Assembly (NCBI GenBank): GCA_964012435.1
Contig: CAXGSM010000008.1
Location: 1 to 58,932, forward strand
DNA: 58,932 bases
From: an uncultured bacterium
Lineage (GTDB): Bacteria; UBP7; UBA6624
Direction of reading: 5' to 3'
Below the pieces are notes generated by a model. That model saw only the letters and a list, made by a program, of their open reading frames with translations. It was not told the DNA's origin and made no database searches. Numbering within the stretch: the stretch's first letter is position 1; every line of letters starts with the position of its first letter. Positions 36,476 through 46,452 of the stretch are shown here, piece after piece. A program made the position numbers and the translations under genes.

Positions 36476-37627
36476 TTAGGTTCTTTTTGCAAATTCCATA
36501 AGATCTTTTTTGCTAGGTGCATCACCGTATATAGAGTTGACCGGTATAGGCTTCCTACCACTTTCTTTTAATATTCGCATGAGGTTTGCTTGTGTAAACT
36601 CATTTGAAGAAAAACCTCCAGCTTCTTTTGCAATTTCTTCATCAAGACTTGTGCCTCCAACATCATCAACTCCGTAATGTAATAGAACCTGTGTCATTTT
36701 TGGACCTTGGTATGTCCATAATATTCTGATGTGTGGAAAATTATCTAAATAAATTCTGCTTATTGCACAGATTCTTGCATCATAATGACCTGTGGTAGCT
36801 CCAACCTCATCTTCAAATTCTGTATTGTCAGGAAGAAAGGCCAATGGTATCAAAGCAAGAAAGCCATTTGTTTTATCTTGAGTTTTTCTCAAAAGGTCAA
36901 GATGATGGATGATTTCTTCTTTTGTCTCTATGTGCCCATAAAGCATTGTGGCATTACTGTTCATTCCAACCTTATGTGTAATCTCATGTATTTCAAGCCA
37001 TTCCTCACCAGTTTCTTTATTTTTTGCAATGATTTGTCTTGGTCTTTCATGGAATATTTCAGCTCCACCACCAGGGACAGAATCAAGGCCCCATTTATTA
37101 AATCGAATCAATAGTTCTTCTGGTGTTATTTTGCATAGTTTTGCTATATATCTAATTTCTATTGCGGTAAATCCCTGTATAAACATATGAGGAGCTTTTC
37201 TTTTTATTGTTTGCAGAAAATCTTTATAGTAATCAAGTTTTAATCTTGGTGTTATTCCGCCAACAATATGTATTTCCCAAATTCCATTTCGAACCGCCCA
37301 ATCAATTCTTTTTTCCAGCTCTTCTTTATCAACAATATAAGATTCTTCATGCATTTTTTTAGGATTGAAGGGTCTTTTGAATGCACATAATCCGCAATCA
37401 AGTATGCATTCGTTTGTATGGTTGATGTTTGAAGTATTACCGTAAAATGATTTATTTCCCCATCTTTTTCTTCTTATGTAGTCAGCCATAATCCCCAATG
37501 CGGTCAAATCACCTTCTTTGATCAATTTGACACCTTCTTCATAAGTAATTCTTTGGCCTGATTTGATTTTCTCCCAAGCCCAATTATCAGGATGGTTTTT
37601 TAAAAGTATGTCTGCTGTTTCAGGCAT
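36476..37627 (-). CDS. mqnE: aminofutalosine synthase (radical SAM, CofH/MqnE family)
   Basis: NHTNECILDCGLCAF, EIHIVGG, PGGGAEIF, NATMLYGHIE, IPLAF, LDNFPHI. Confidence 0.85.
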   Translation of the reverse strand: MPETADILLKNHPDNWAWEKIKSGQRITYEEGVKLIKEGDLTALGIMADYIRRKRWGNKSFYGNTSNINHTNECILDCGLCAFKRPFNPKKMHEESYIVDKEELEKRIDWAVRNGIWEIHIVGGITPRLKLDYYKDFLQTIKRKAPHMFIQGFTAIEIRYIAKLCKITPEELLIRFNKWGLDSVPGGGAEIFHERPRQIIAKNKETGEEWLEIHEITHKVGMNSNATMLYGHIETKEEIIHHLDLLRKTQDKTNGFLALIPLAFLPDNTEFEDEVGATTGHYDARICAISRIYLDNFPHIRILWTYQGPKMTQVLLHYGVDDVGGTSLDEEIAKEAGGFSSNEFTQANLMRILKESGRKPIPVNSIYGDAPSKKDLMEFAKRT

Positions 37628-38246
37628 CTTGAAATTCCTTTGGAATTCCCCATTCAGGCACGAGTTTGTTGTCTATATCAAGTGAATCTAAAATGCGCGC
37701 AACAACACTATCAATTAGGTCTTGAATTGTTTTGGCACCTTGATAAAATGTTGGATTCGCATCTACGATAGTAGCTCCAGCTCTAGATACTTTTAATAAA
37801 TTATCAAGATGAATCTGAGAGAGAGGGGTTTCTCTAGGAACAAGAATTAAAGGCCGTTTTTCTTTCAATGTTACATCTGCTGCTCGATGAAGAAGGTTTG
37901 ATGTTACTCCATTTGATATATGGCCTAAAGTACCCATTGACATTGGGACAACCACCATTCCTCTGGTTCTATAGGTTCCACTTGCTATGGTGGCTGACAT
38001 GTCCATTCCTGGATGCCACGTTAGATCAATCCATTTTACATTTTTCCCATATTGTTCTTCGATAAATTTTTGCGGGTTTTTGCCAAAGTTAAAATTCAAT
38101 TCATGATTTAATAGATATCTTCCCCATTTGCTTGTAACTATTTCAACCGGAACATCTCTTTTTACAAGTTCTTTAACCAGTGTATGAGCATACAGTGCTC
38201 CTGAAGCTCCTGTTATACCTACAATTACAGGTAAATTTTTCATCAA
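37620..38246 (-). CDS. ubiX: flavin prenyltransferase UbiX
   Basis: VGITGASG, IASGT, PMSMGTL, RAADVTLKEKRPLILVPRETP, PTFY. Confidence 0.95.
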   Translation of the reverse strand: MMKNLPVIVGITGASGALYAHTLVKELVKRDVPVEIVTSKWGRYLLNHELNFNFGKNPQKFIEEQYGKNVKWIDLTWHPGMDMSATIASGTYRTRGMVVVPMSMGTLGHISNGVTSNLLHRAADVTLKEKRPLILVPRETPLSQIHLDNLLKVSRAGATIVDANPTFYQGAKTIQDLIDSVVARILDSLDIDNKLVPEWGIPKEFQDA

Positions 38247-38854
38247 GATATTTTATCTTCTCTCAGTGAGGCTAGGATGTTTATTTTCTCCATAACTTCC
38301 TGGTCATGTATTCCAACTCTTACATTTGTGAAAACATATGCAATTTTTCCTTCAGGGTCGACTATGAAAGTTATTCTTGACGCAAAACCCAAGTCGCCCA
38401 AAACTCCAAATTTTTGACTAACTTGCTTATCGGAATCAGCAATAAGGTCAAAAGGCAACTCTTTGTCTTTCTTGAATTTTTTTTGTGTTTTTAGATTGTC
38501 TGTACTAATGCCTATTACGTTAATGTTTTTTTGATCAAAATTTGAGTAGCCATCCCTCAAGCTGCATGATTGAGTTGTGCATCCAGGGGTGAAAGATTTT
38601 GGGAAAAAATAAAGAACGCTCCATTTACCATCAAGGTCTTCTGAAGCTATTGTTCCGGATGTTGATGGAGCTTTAAACTCGGGAATGCTTTCGCCTATCT
38701 CCAAAATTTCCCGATCCATAAGCTCACCTGGTTTCACAAAGGTATCATAAACAGCGATGCCAAATATGAATATTATGAAGATTAGTATTTCCAAGCCAAA
38801 ACCTTTGGTTATTTCCGGTAGGCTTTTTTTGACATTCGATAAGAATTTTTTCAT
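38243..38854 (-). CDS. bcp: membrane-anchored BCP/PrxQ peroxiredoxin
   Basis: LYFFPKSFTPGCTTQSC, GISTD, RITFIVDPEG; N-terminal TM helix. Confidence 0.9.
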   Translation of the reverse strand: MKKFLSNVKKSLPEITKGFGLEILIFIIFIFGIAVYDTFVKPGELMDREILEIGESIPEFKAPSTSGTIASEDLDGKWSVLYFFPKSFTPGCTTQSCSLRDGYSNFDQKNINVIGISTDNLKTQKKFKKDKELPFDLIADSDKQVSQKFGVLGDLGFASRITFIVDPEGKIAYVFTNVRVGIHDQEVMEKINILASLREDKIS

Positions 38855-38863
38855 GTTTTATTT

Positions 38864-40405
38864 TTACTCCAGAATTTTTATTTTTTCTTCTTCTTGGTTG
38901 AAGAAGTTTTTCCTCAGCATGTATTCATAGGGATTCTCCCATGAAATGAGCCAACTTTGCATGTTGATATCAGCATTGAAGCCAGATTCATTTGAGTTTG
39001 GATTTTCTTGAGGATCGTAAGGTTTTTCTTCATACAGGGCCTTGTAGGTTATCAGCATGTTTTCTTTGTTTGGATTTTTAATCTCTATACTGAACGGAAG
39101 AACATCCCAACCTGGGCACCAATAGGCCCTTCCGTAAGGCCATGTTCCAAATTGATTAGGGACAACACCCTTATTTGCAAGCTGATAACACCCTTCAGCA
39201 GTGCCAGCTTTTGGATCTTTTAATTCGCCTAAGATTTCATCATTGTTAAAAAAATGATGTGTGTGGTTACAGAATTCAGCACAGTTTGCAACATCTCTTC
39301 CCCAGCCATGACCAGACATGATTCCATTTATTGTGTATTTTTTAAATTGAGGATTTTCCAAAAGGTAGGGTTTTTTAGATGGGTTGTATTCAAGATTAAA
39401 AGGACCTCCTGTCCACATTCTGTGAGCATTCATAGGTCTAAGTTTGCTCTCGTTTTTGGATAGGTATACACGCATGTTCATTATGTAGGAGGAGTTTCCA
39501 GTAGGGACATTGATTTTGAATTTTTTCATTCCACCTTCTTTGAAAAAAGCCAAGAAAGGGGTTATGTCAGTAAGCCAAACACCTCTTCTATGATATGTTG
39601 TAATCCATCTTGACATCAGGATATCACATTTACCCTCTTCGCAAAGGTGTAAATTTGCTATCATGTCCCATTCGTAGCAATTTTTATCATTATTATCAGG
39701 GCAGTTCATTTCAAAATAAATTTCCATTTCATTGAAGCTCAAAAGTTTTTGTGTTTCAGGAAACGCAACTTCAAATTCTGCATTTGCACCCCAACCACCA
39801 CTTAGTTCAAAATCCTCAAGAAGAACCACTTCTTCTTTCTGATCATTAAGTTTCATTTTTTTTGTTAATTCTTTTTCCCAGTAAAGGTATTGAATTTCTT
39901 TTTCAACTGCATCAAAAATAGGAGTAGGGCTCTTTCCAGGCGGTCGGAGAAGGCCGAATTGCCTTAAGTAACCATTTGAATCAATTAAAAATCCAGCTTT
40001 ATCTGCGCTCCACTCTTTTTCCCATTCAGATAGTATCGATTCAATATCATCAGGGAGAACTGTATTGTTTTTGTTTATGAAATGCAAATACTTTTCCCAA
40101 TTGGTATCAATCACATTTTTTTTGATCTCATTCAGTTTTTGATCTGCTAGCTCACCTGAAGCAATGAAGATTATGCTTGTTTCAGGTATTTCATCTATCA
40201 GCTCTTTAAAATCTGAACTCCAAAGATTTTCTGTGTAAGAGTCTCCTTCTGTTAATTCAAGAAAGGCTATTATTTCATTTGAATTTTGATTATATGAAAA
40301 TATCCCCTGGTCAGTTTCAAGTTTAAATGATTCTATTTTTTCAAAAGGTTTAATCCCATTGAAGAAAGACAAAAGAACCAAACCTAGTAAATAATTTTTT
40401 TTCAT
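38864..40405 (-). CDS. exported peptide-N-glycosidase F-related protein
   Basis: CYEWD, RWITTYHR, DITPFL, SGHGW...CAEFC, GTWPYGRAYWCPG; TGATG overlap gives start 40405. Confidence 0.82.
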   Translation of the reverse strand: MKKNYLLGLVLLSFFNGIKPFEKIESFKLETDQGIFSYNQNSNEIIAFLELTEGDSYTENLWSSDFKELIDEIPETSIIFIASGELADQKLNEIKKNVIDTNWEKYLHFINKNNTVLPDDIESILSEWEKEWSADKAGFLIDSNGYLRQFGLLRPPGKSPTPIFDAVEKEIQYLYWEKELTKKMKLNDQKEEVVLLEDFELSGGWGANAEFEVAFPETQKLLSFNEMEIYFEMNCPDNNDKNCYEWDMIANLHLCEEGKCDILMSRWITTYHRRGVWLTDITPFLAFFKEGGMKKFKINVPTGNSSYIMNMRVYLSKNESKLRPMNAHRMWTGGPFNLEYNPSKKPYLLENPQFKKYTINGIMSGHGWGRDVANCAEFCNHTHHFFNNDEILGELKDPKAGTAEGCYQLANKGVVPNQFGTWPYGRAYWCPGWDVLPFSIEIKNPNKENMLITYKALYEEKPYDPQENPNSNESGFNADINMQSWLISWENPYEYMLRKNFFNQEEEKIKILE

Positions 40406-42510
40406 CAGTATAACCACTCCTTTTTAAATATCACCTTCCATGAGTCACCAGTTGATTCATTATTAGTATTTATAACGAAATAAGTTGCTTCTCCATCTTT
40501 AGGCCTGAACTCAAATCTGAAATATACATTAACTGTATCTGATATATTGTTTTTTTGCATTGAAAGGTTGTAGAGATGAGATGATGTTGGCGTGTATCCA
40601 AAATCAAACGAATATATTTCGGAACTGGCTGAAGAGTTGCCTCTTTTAACACTGTTGATATTCCAGTTTGGTCGAAAAGAAAAGTCATTTGTAATTTTGT
40701 AATTCAGCCATCCATCAAGGCTTGTCTTGCCTGCATCATACCAATCTCCAGAACTAAGGCCTCCACCCCAAACCCATTTATAGTCATAAGCCCAACCAAA
40801 ATAATCAAGACCATAATCCATGTAATCGTATTCACCTGCTGATATTATTGTTCCAGGTAGTGACCAGGGTTCAAAGTCTTGATCCAAAACTGACTTATAC
40901 ATTGTTATTGCAGGCCTCAAGCTCCATCCATTGCTCATGGATAAACCCCATGGTTCCAAGCTCAAAGAGCTCTCTATAAGTTCATTTCCTCCATTTGAAA
41001 TTTCATTGAAGCTAATTTCATGTGATATTTCTCTTATTTCATGTTTTTTTTTACATTCTTTTTTCCAAAAATTTATACATTTCGATACATTTTTTGAATG
41101 TTCAATTTCAATTTTTTTAACCTTTACTGCATCATTTAATGATGAGTATCTGTAGTAACCTAAGCCAGGGTTAAAATCTTTGTCAAAAATCATATATTCT
41201 GCAGAGGCAGAAAACGGATTTCCAAAACTTTCTACCTTGAGGTAATGACCTTCTCCATCTTTCGTTTCATTAGATGAAAATTGCGACCAAATATCAGCAT
41301 TTATCCTGGTTCCATTTTCATTAATCGATTTCCAAGAAACATCAATACCATTTGTGATGCTTGAAGAACTTGAATCTTCATTGGATGAGATGAAACCTAT
41401 GTTTGTATTTTCTGTGATTTGATGTTTTGTTCTTAAGATTGCAAAATGCTCATCTGTTGAGCCTTCAACCCATGCTGTTAAGAAGCCAATTTCATTGATG
41501 TTAAATTTTCCTGTAATCTTTGATCCAATTCTTAATGGAAGCTGGTTTCCATTTTCATCTAAACCGATATTTCTACTATGGAAAGGAAGAGCTGAATTTT
41601 TACCCCCAAATACAAAAAGGCCTGAATTTTCTAAAAAGAAATCTCTTTTTTCAGGAAAAAATAAAGAGTAACGGGTTAGGTTGCTTTGTTGCACATCTGC
41701 TTCAGCCTCTCCAAAATCAGCATTTAAAACTGATGCGATTCTCCATCCTTTCCATGGCGTTCCAATGATATCTAATCCAGCATCAAATTCATAATCGGTT
41801 CCTGCTTCTTTAGTTGCCTTCCCAAGCATGAATGGCTTATTGATCCAAGGGTTTGAATCAGGAAGATTGTTCATTCCTGTTAATTCACCTGATTTCGACA
41901 ATGTATTCAGATCATTATTTTTATTCCAGCCTGTCCAGTAACCAGATTCTCTTTCTTTAGAGTACCAGTATTTGAAATTTATTCCCCAATTGTTATCATC
42001 TTCACTATATGCAAGTGTTGAAAAAGGGATTTTTATTTCTGCGCTCCATCCATCTTTCGTTACTGTTCCCATTCCCTCCCAATAACCATCCCAGTCTTGA
42101 TCCGGCCTAGATTCATTAGTAATAGTTCCATCAACTCTGCTGCCATTAGCATTGATGCCAAAATAATAGCCATTTCTTTTTGATAAATAAGGATCTATGA
42201 CAATTTCTATTTTGTCATCATTGTAGAGAGTTTGATCTCTCTTTTTGTAACTGTTTATTAGCTTGTCAGTTTTTGCCTCATAGCCTATATATAAATTTTC
42301 CTCATCTCTCCAGATCAAAATCCTTGCTTCAAGAGTGCCTTTTTCACCTTCTTTTGGTTGTTGCTGAATCCAATTCTCGACAATAGTTGCCTTACTCCAT
42401 GCATTTTCTTCAATAATTCCATCAATTTTTATATTTTCTTGTATTGTTGGAGCATTGATTGTTTTTGAGGCAATCAGCATAAGTAAAATTAAAATTTTAT
42501 TTTTTTTCAT
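40405..42510 (-). CDS. DUF5916 / CBM9-like domain exported (probable outer-membrane) protein
   Basis: IKIDGIIEENAW, GWSAEIKIPFSTL, NADFGEAEAD...NLTRYSLFFPEKRDFFLE, FHSRNIG; beta-strand-rich C-terminus; ATGA overlap with ubiA. Confidence 0.82.
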   Translation of the reverse strand: MKKNKILILLMLIASKTINAPTIQENIKIDGIIEENAWSKATIVENWIQQQPKEGEKGTLEARILIWRDEENLYIGYEAKTDKLINSYKKRDQTLYNDDKIEIVIDPYLSKRNGYYFGINANGSRVDGTITNESRPDQDWDGYWEGMGTVTKDGWSAEIKIPFSTLAYSEDDNNWGINFKYWYSKERESGYWTGWNKNNDLNTLSKSGELTGMNNLPDSNPWINKPFMLGKATKEAGTDYEFDAGLDIIGTPWKGWRIASVLNADFGEAEADVQQSNLTRYSLFFPEKRDFFLENSGLFVFGGKNSALPFHSRNIGLDENGNQLPLRIGSKITGKFNINEIGFLTAWVEGSTDEHFAILRTKHQITENTNIGFISSNEDSSSSSITNGIDVSWKSINENGTRINADIWSQFSSNETKDGEGHYLKVESFGNPFSASAEYMIFDKDFNPGLGYYRYSSLNDAVKVKKIEIEHSKNVSKCINFWKKECKKKHEIREISHEISFNEISNGGNELIESSLSLEPWGLSMSNGWSLRPAITMYKSVLDQDFEPWSLPGTIISAGEYDYMDYGLDYFGWAYDYKWVWGGGLSSGDWYDAGKTSLDGWLNYKITNDFSFRPNWNINSVKRGNSSASSEIYSFDFGYTPTSSHLYNLSMQKNNISDTVNVYFRFEFRPKDGEATYFVINTNNESTGDSWKVIFKKEWLY

Positions 42511-43349
42511 ATTGTTATGAGTGCTCCAAGAAATAATAATATGCTGATCCATCCATTTGCTGAAAAAAACGCAGCATTGATTCTTTTGATGTTGTCAGCA
42601 GAAATTATCGAATGTTGCCAAAATAAAAGAAAGAACATCAGAATGCAAGCGATAGTCCAAGCTTGGGACCAGTCAAAAGCAGATCCGAAAAGAAAAAATA
42701 GGATTGCTGCAAGAAAATGCAATATGCGTGATGATAATACAGCTTTCTCTGCTCCATAAATTGAAGGAATTGAATAAAGTTTCATTTTTTTATCAAATTC
42801 AATATCCTGCAAGGAATAAAGTATATCGAAACCAGCAACCCAAAAAGTGACTGCTAGACATATCAGATACAAATTATCACCCCATCCACCAGTTGCAGCA
42901 ATAAATCCGCCAGCTGGGGCACACGCAAGTGTTGCCCCAAGCCAAAAATGACAAAAAACACCCCATCTTTTGGTAAATGGATACATTGATAGAAGAAGAA
43001 CGGCAATTGGGGCGAGCTGCCATGTTAGTTCATTAAGGTTTTTTGCTGAATAGCCAAGGATCATCAAACCTACAAAGACCAAAATCCAGACTGATCTTTT
43101 TTTGACGGTACCAGTGACTAACCCCCAGTTTTTACTTCTGGGGTTTTTTTTATCGTAAGAGTAATCAATCAATCTATTCAGACCCATTGCAGCTGTTCTT
43201 GCGCCAATCATTGCCGCAAGAATAAGGCAGGTTGTTTTGGTGTCAGGATAATCCCTTAAACCTGCGATTAATCCAACAAAAGCAAAAGGTAAAGCAAAAA
43301 TGGTATGTTCAAATTTGATCAACTTCAGTATCGATAAAAGGGAATTCAT
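42507..43349 (-). CDS. ubiA: UbiA-like prenyltransferase (futalosine pathway MqnP type)
   Basis: IKFEHTIFALPFA, ARTAAMGLNRLID..YDKKNPR, WVAGFDILYSLQD, AFFSANG. Confidence 0.93.
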   Translation of the reverse strand: MNSLLSILKLIKFEHTIFALPFAFVGLIAGLRDYPDTKTTCLILAAMIGARTAAMGLNRLIDYSYDKKNPRSKNWGLVTGTVKKRSVWILVFVGLMILGYSAKNLNELTWQLAPIAVLLLSMYPFTKRWGVFCHFWLGATLACAPAGGFIAATGGWGDNLYLICLAVTFWVAGFDILYSLQDIEFDKKMKLYSIPSIYGAEKAVLSSRILHFLAAILFFLFGSAFDWSQAWTIACILMFFLLFWQHSIISADNIKRINAAFFSANGWISILLFLGALITI

Positions 43350-44785
43350 TAATTGTCTTTAATTTTTTTTAAGATCGCATCAATTTTTTGTTGATCTATA
43401 TCCACCTGCTCAGGCCATTCTCTTATTGCTGACTCTCCCTTGATTTTTCTTGTTCCATCAAACCCTATCTTCGAACCAAATCCTTCAACAGGACTTGCAT
43501 GATCAAGAACATCCACTGGCCCACTATCCATAACAATATCTCTCTGTGGATCAATGTTTGACAAGGCATGAAAAGTTGTTTCGCTTGGATTTTGAACATC
43601 AACATCTTCGTCAACTACAACAATGAATTTTGTAAGACTCAATAAACCAATGCCCCATATTGCATGTATGACCTTTCTTGCTTGACCAGGATAACTTTTT
43701 TTAATGCTTACAAGAAGCATGTTATGGAAAACACCTTCTGCTGGAAAATGCATATCTTTAATTTCGGAGCAGAAGAGCCTGACTAAAGGTAAAAAAATTC
43801 TTTCTGTCGCCCAGCCTAAAAACCAATCTTCTTGCAATGGTTTTCCAACAATTATGTGCGGGAAAACAGGTTTTTTTCGATGTGTTATTAACTCTAGATG
43901 GAAAACTGGATAAGGTCCAGGGTGACTGTAAAAGCCTGTATGGTCTCCAAAAGGACCTTCCTCTCTTCTCTCATCTGGATCCACCCATCCTTCTAGAATA
44001 AATTCAGCATGAGCAGGAACTTTGATATCTGATGTTATGCATTTAACGACTTCAACTGGTTTTTTGTTTAGAAATCCTGCTAAGAGGTATTCGTCAATTC
44101 CTGGTGGGAGGGGGGCACTTGCGGAATACATTGTTGCTGGGTCACCACCAATCGCAATTGCAACAGGTATTTTTTCCTTTTTTTGGCTTGCTTTTACTTC
44201 ATGCCTTTTTCCATCTTTATGTAGTTGCCAATGCATACCAAGTGTTTTTTTGTCATGTTTTTGAAGCCTGTAAAGTCCTACATTTCTTGAACCTGTTTCT
44301 GGGTCGTTTGTAATTGTGGATCCTAAGCATATGTATGGTCCAGCATCTTTAGGCCAAAGTGTTGGTATAGGAAGTATGTCTAGATTCGCATCATCTCCCT
44401 TTAGTACAATTTCTTGACAAGGTGCTTTTTTTATTGTTTTTGGTATTAATTGTTTGCCTAATTCAGCAAATTTTGGAAGCATGCTCATGGCATCTAAAAT
44501 GCCAGAAACCTTTGGAGGTTTTAAAAGTTGTTCAATTCTTTCTGAATGTTCATCGATGTGATTTACACCGAAAGCCTGCGATACGCGATCTTTGCTTCCA
44601 AAAAGATTGACTGCTAATGGGAAATTGCTTCCTTTAATGTTTTCGAAGAGTAATGCTTCTTTATTATTTCTTGTGTAATGTTCGCCAATCACTGTAATTT
44701 CAATCTTTGGATCTATTTCCTCTGAGATCCTTTTTAGTTGATTCTTTTTTTCTAGGTGTTTTATGTATTCAGATAAATTTTTCAT
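43349..44785 (-). CDS. ubiD: menaquinone biosynthesis decarboxylase (UbiD family)
   Basis: WPKDAGPYI, RNVGLYR, EGPFGDHTGFY, GKPLQED, KSYPGQARK, VDVLDHAS. Confidence 0.95.
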   Translation of the reverse strand: MKNLSEYIKHLEKKNQLKRISEEIDPKIEITVIGEHYTRNNKEALLFENIKGSNFPLAVNLFGSKDRVSQAFGVNHIDEHSERIEQLLKPPKVSGILDAMSMLPKFAELGKQLIPKTIKKAPCQEIVLKGDDANLDILPIPTLWPKDAGPYICLGSTITNDPETGSRNVGLYRLQKHDKKTLGMHWQLHKDGKRHEVKASQKKEKIPVAIAIGGDPATMYSASAPLPPGIDEYLLAGFLNKKPVEVVKCITSDIKVPAHAEFILEGWVDPDERREEGPFGDHTGFYSHPGPYPVFHLELITHRKKPVFPHIIVGKPLQEDWFLGWATERIFLPLVRLFCSEIKDMHFPAEGVFHNMLLVSIKKSYPGQARKVIHAIWGIGLLSLTKFIVVVDEDVDVQNPSETTFHALSNIDPQRDIVMDSGPVDVLDHASPVEGFGSKIGFDGTRKIKGESAIREWPEQVDIDQQKIDAILKKIKDN

Positions 44786-44860
44786 AGAAAAATTATTCTA
44801 AAAAATATTTCTTTCTCTTTTTTTAAATTACACTATATCCAATTAGATTTGGAGGTAATT

Positions 44861-46444
44861 ATGGCTAAAAAACAAGCTTTAAGCTCAATTGATTCAAAAA
44901 AATTATTCAAAACATGTTTTATCGCCTTGGTGGCAACATCATTTTCTTTCATTGTTCGAATAATGCTGTTAGACAATGTTTGGCAAGGAGAGTTTAATCT
45001 TAGTGAAACTCAGAAAGGAGAGATATTTGGAGCTGGCCTCTGGCCATTTGCGATAAGTATAGTTCTTTTCTCTCTTTTTATTGACAAGTGGGGTTACAGA
45101 AAGGCAATGTTCTTTGCTTTTTTCTGTCATGCTCTGCAGGTATTGTTGCTCGTAACTGCAAAAGATTATTGGTGGCTTTGGTGGGGCTCTTTCATAGGCG
45201 CTTTGGGTAATGGTACTGTGGAGGCTGTAATAAATCCTGCTATTGCAACGGTTTATAAAAAAGAAAAAACAAAATGGTTGACCATCCTGCATGCAGGCTG
45301 GCCAGGTGGGTTGGTGTTAGGCGGATTGTTAGCATTATTGGTTTCAGCTACAGGTTTAACGTGGCAATGGCAAGTAATTGTTTTATTGTTTCCAGCAATT
45401 GTTTATGGAGTTAGATTGCAGGATACAAAATTCCCTGTACATGAAAGAGTTGAGGCAGGTGTGTCTCATATTGCGATGTTAAAGGAAATGGGCTGGATGG
45501 GAGCATTGATAGTAACCTGGCTTGTTGTTTTTGAACTCGGAACTAAATTTTTTCCAGTTGAATATATGGGATTATCAACAACTCAATTGATTTGGGCAAT
45601 TACTGCTTTAATTGTTATTTGGTACGGTAAAGTTGTTTCCTGGGCGCCAGGTAAGCCTTTATTTGTATTTTTGTTATTGTTGATGATTCCATTAGCCACA
45701 ACGGAATTAGGGACAGATGCTTGGATTAAAGATCTAATGGGTCCAGCAATGGGCAAGATTGGACTTGATGGTATATGGGTTTTGATTTACACCGCTACAG
45801 TCATGATGCTTTTAAGGCTTAAGGCTATTGGTGATTTGTCAAAGAGGTTCTCACCTTTGCAGATATTGGCATTCAGTTCTATCTTTGCTGCTTGCGGAAT
45901 TTATTTTCTTTCTGTAAGCTCAGTGAGCCCATGGTTTATTTTGGGTGCCGCAACAGTGTATGGAATCGGACAAACTTTTTTCTGGCCATGCACTTTAGGC
46001 TTGGTTGCTGAACAGTTTCCTAAAGGTGGAGCTTTAACCATTAATGCTATTGCTGGAGTTGGAATGCTTGGAGTAGGGATTATAGGAACACCTTTACTGG
46101 GAAACTTGCAGGATACCCAGATATACAAAACTTTAAAAACCAACCAACCTGAATATTATCAGGAGTTCATTCTTGAAGAAAATAAAAATAGTATCTTCGG
46201 AGAATATCAACAGCTAGATCAAGAGAGCATGAAGAAGCTTGATGCTGACTTAGCTAATGATGATGGTTCAGAACCTTTCCAAAGGCTTCAGGAAAAAAGG
46301 AAAGCGCTTACAAGGTCAACCAGTGAGGCAAAAAGCAATGCTTTAAAACTCGCTTCCATACCTCCTATATTTATGGCTCTTTGTTATTTTGTTTTGATTA
46401 ATTATTTTAGAAGCAAAGGTGGCTACAAGCAGGTTAAACTTTAG
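44861..46444 (+). CDS. MFS transporter (sugar-type)
   Basis: About 12 TM; GNGTVEAVINP, LHAGWPGG, ATTELGTDAW, FFWP; GGAGG SD before ATG 44861. Confidence 0.9.
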   Translation: MAKKQALSSIDSKKLFKTCFIALVATSFSFIVRIMLLDNVWQGEFNLSETQKGEIFGAGLWPFAISIVLFSLFIDKWGYRKAMFFAFFCHALQVLLLVTAKDYWWLWWGSFIGALGNGTVEAVINPAIATVYKKEKTKWLTILHAGWPGGLVLGGLLALLVSATGLTWQWQVIVLLFPAIVYGVRLQDTKFPVHERVEAGVSHIAMLKEMGWMGALIVTWLVVFELGTKFFPVEYMGLSTTQLIWAITALIVIWYGKVVSWAPGKPLFVFLLLLMIPLATTELGTDAWIKDLMGPAMGKIGLDGIWVLIYTATVMMLLRLKAIGDLSKRFSPLQILAFSSIFAACGIYFLSVSSVSPWFILGAATVYGIGQTFFWPCTLGLVAEQFPKGGALTINAIAGVGMLGVGIIGTPLLGNLQDTQIYKTLKTNQPEYYQEFILEENKNSIFGEYQQLDQESMKKLDADLANDDGSEPFQRLQEKRKALTRSTSEAKSNALKLASIPPIFMALCYFVLINYFRSKGGYKQVKL

Positions 46445-46452
46445 GAGGGAAT

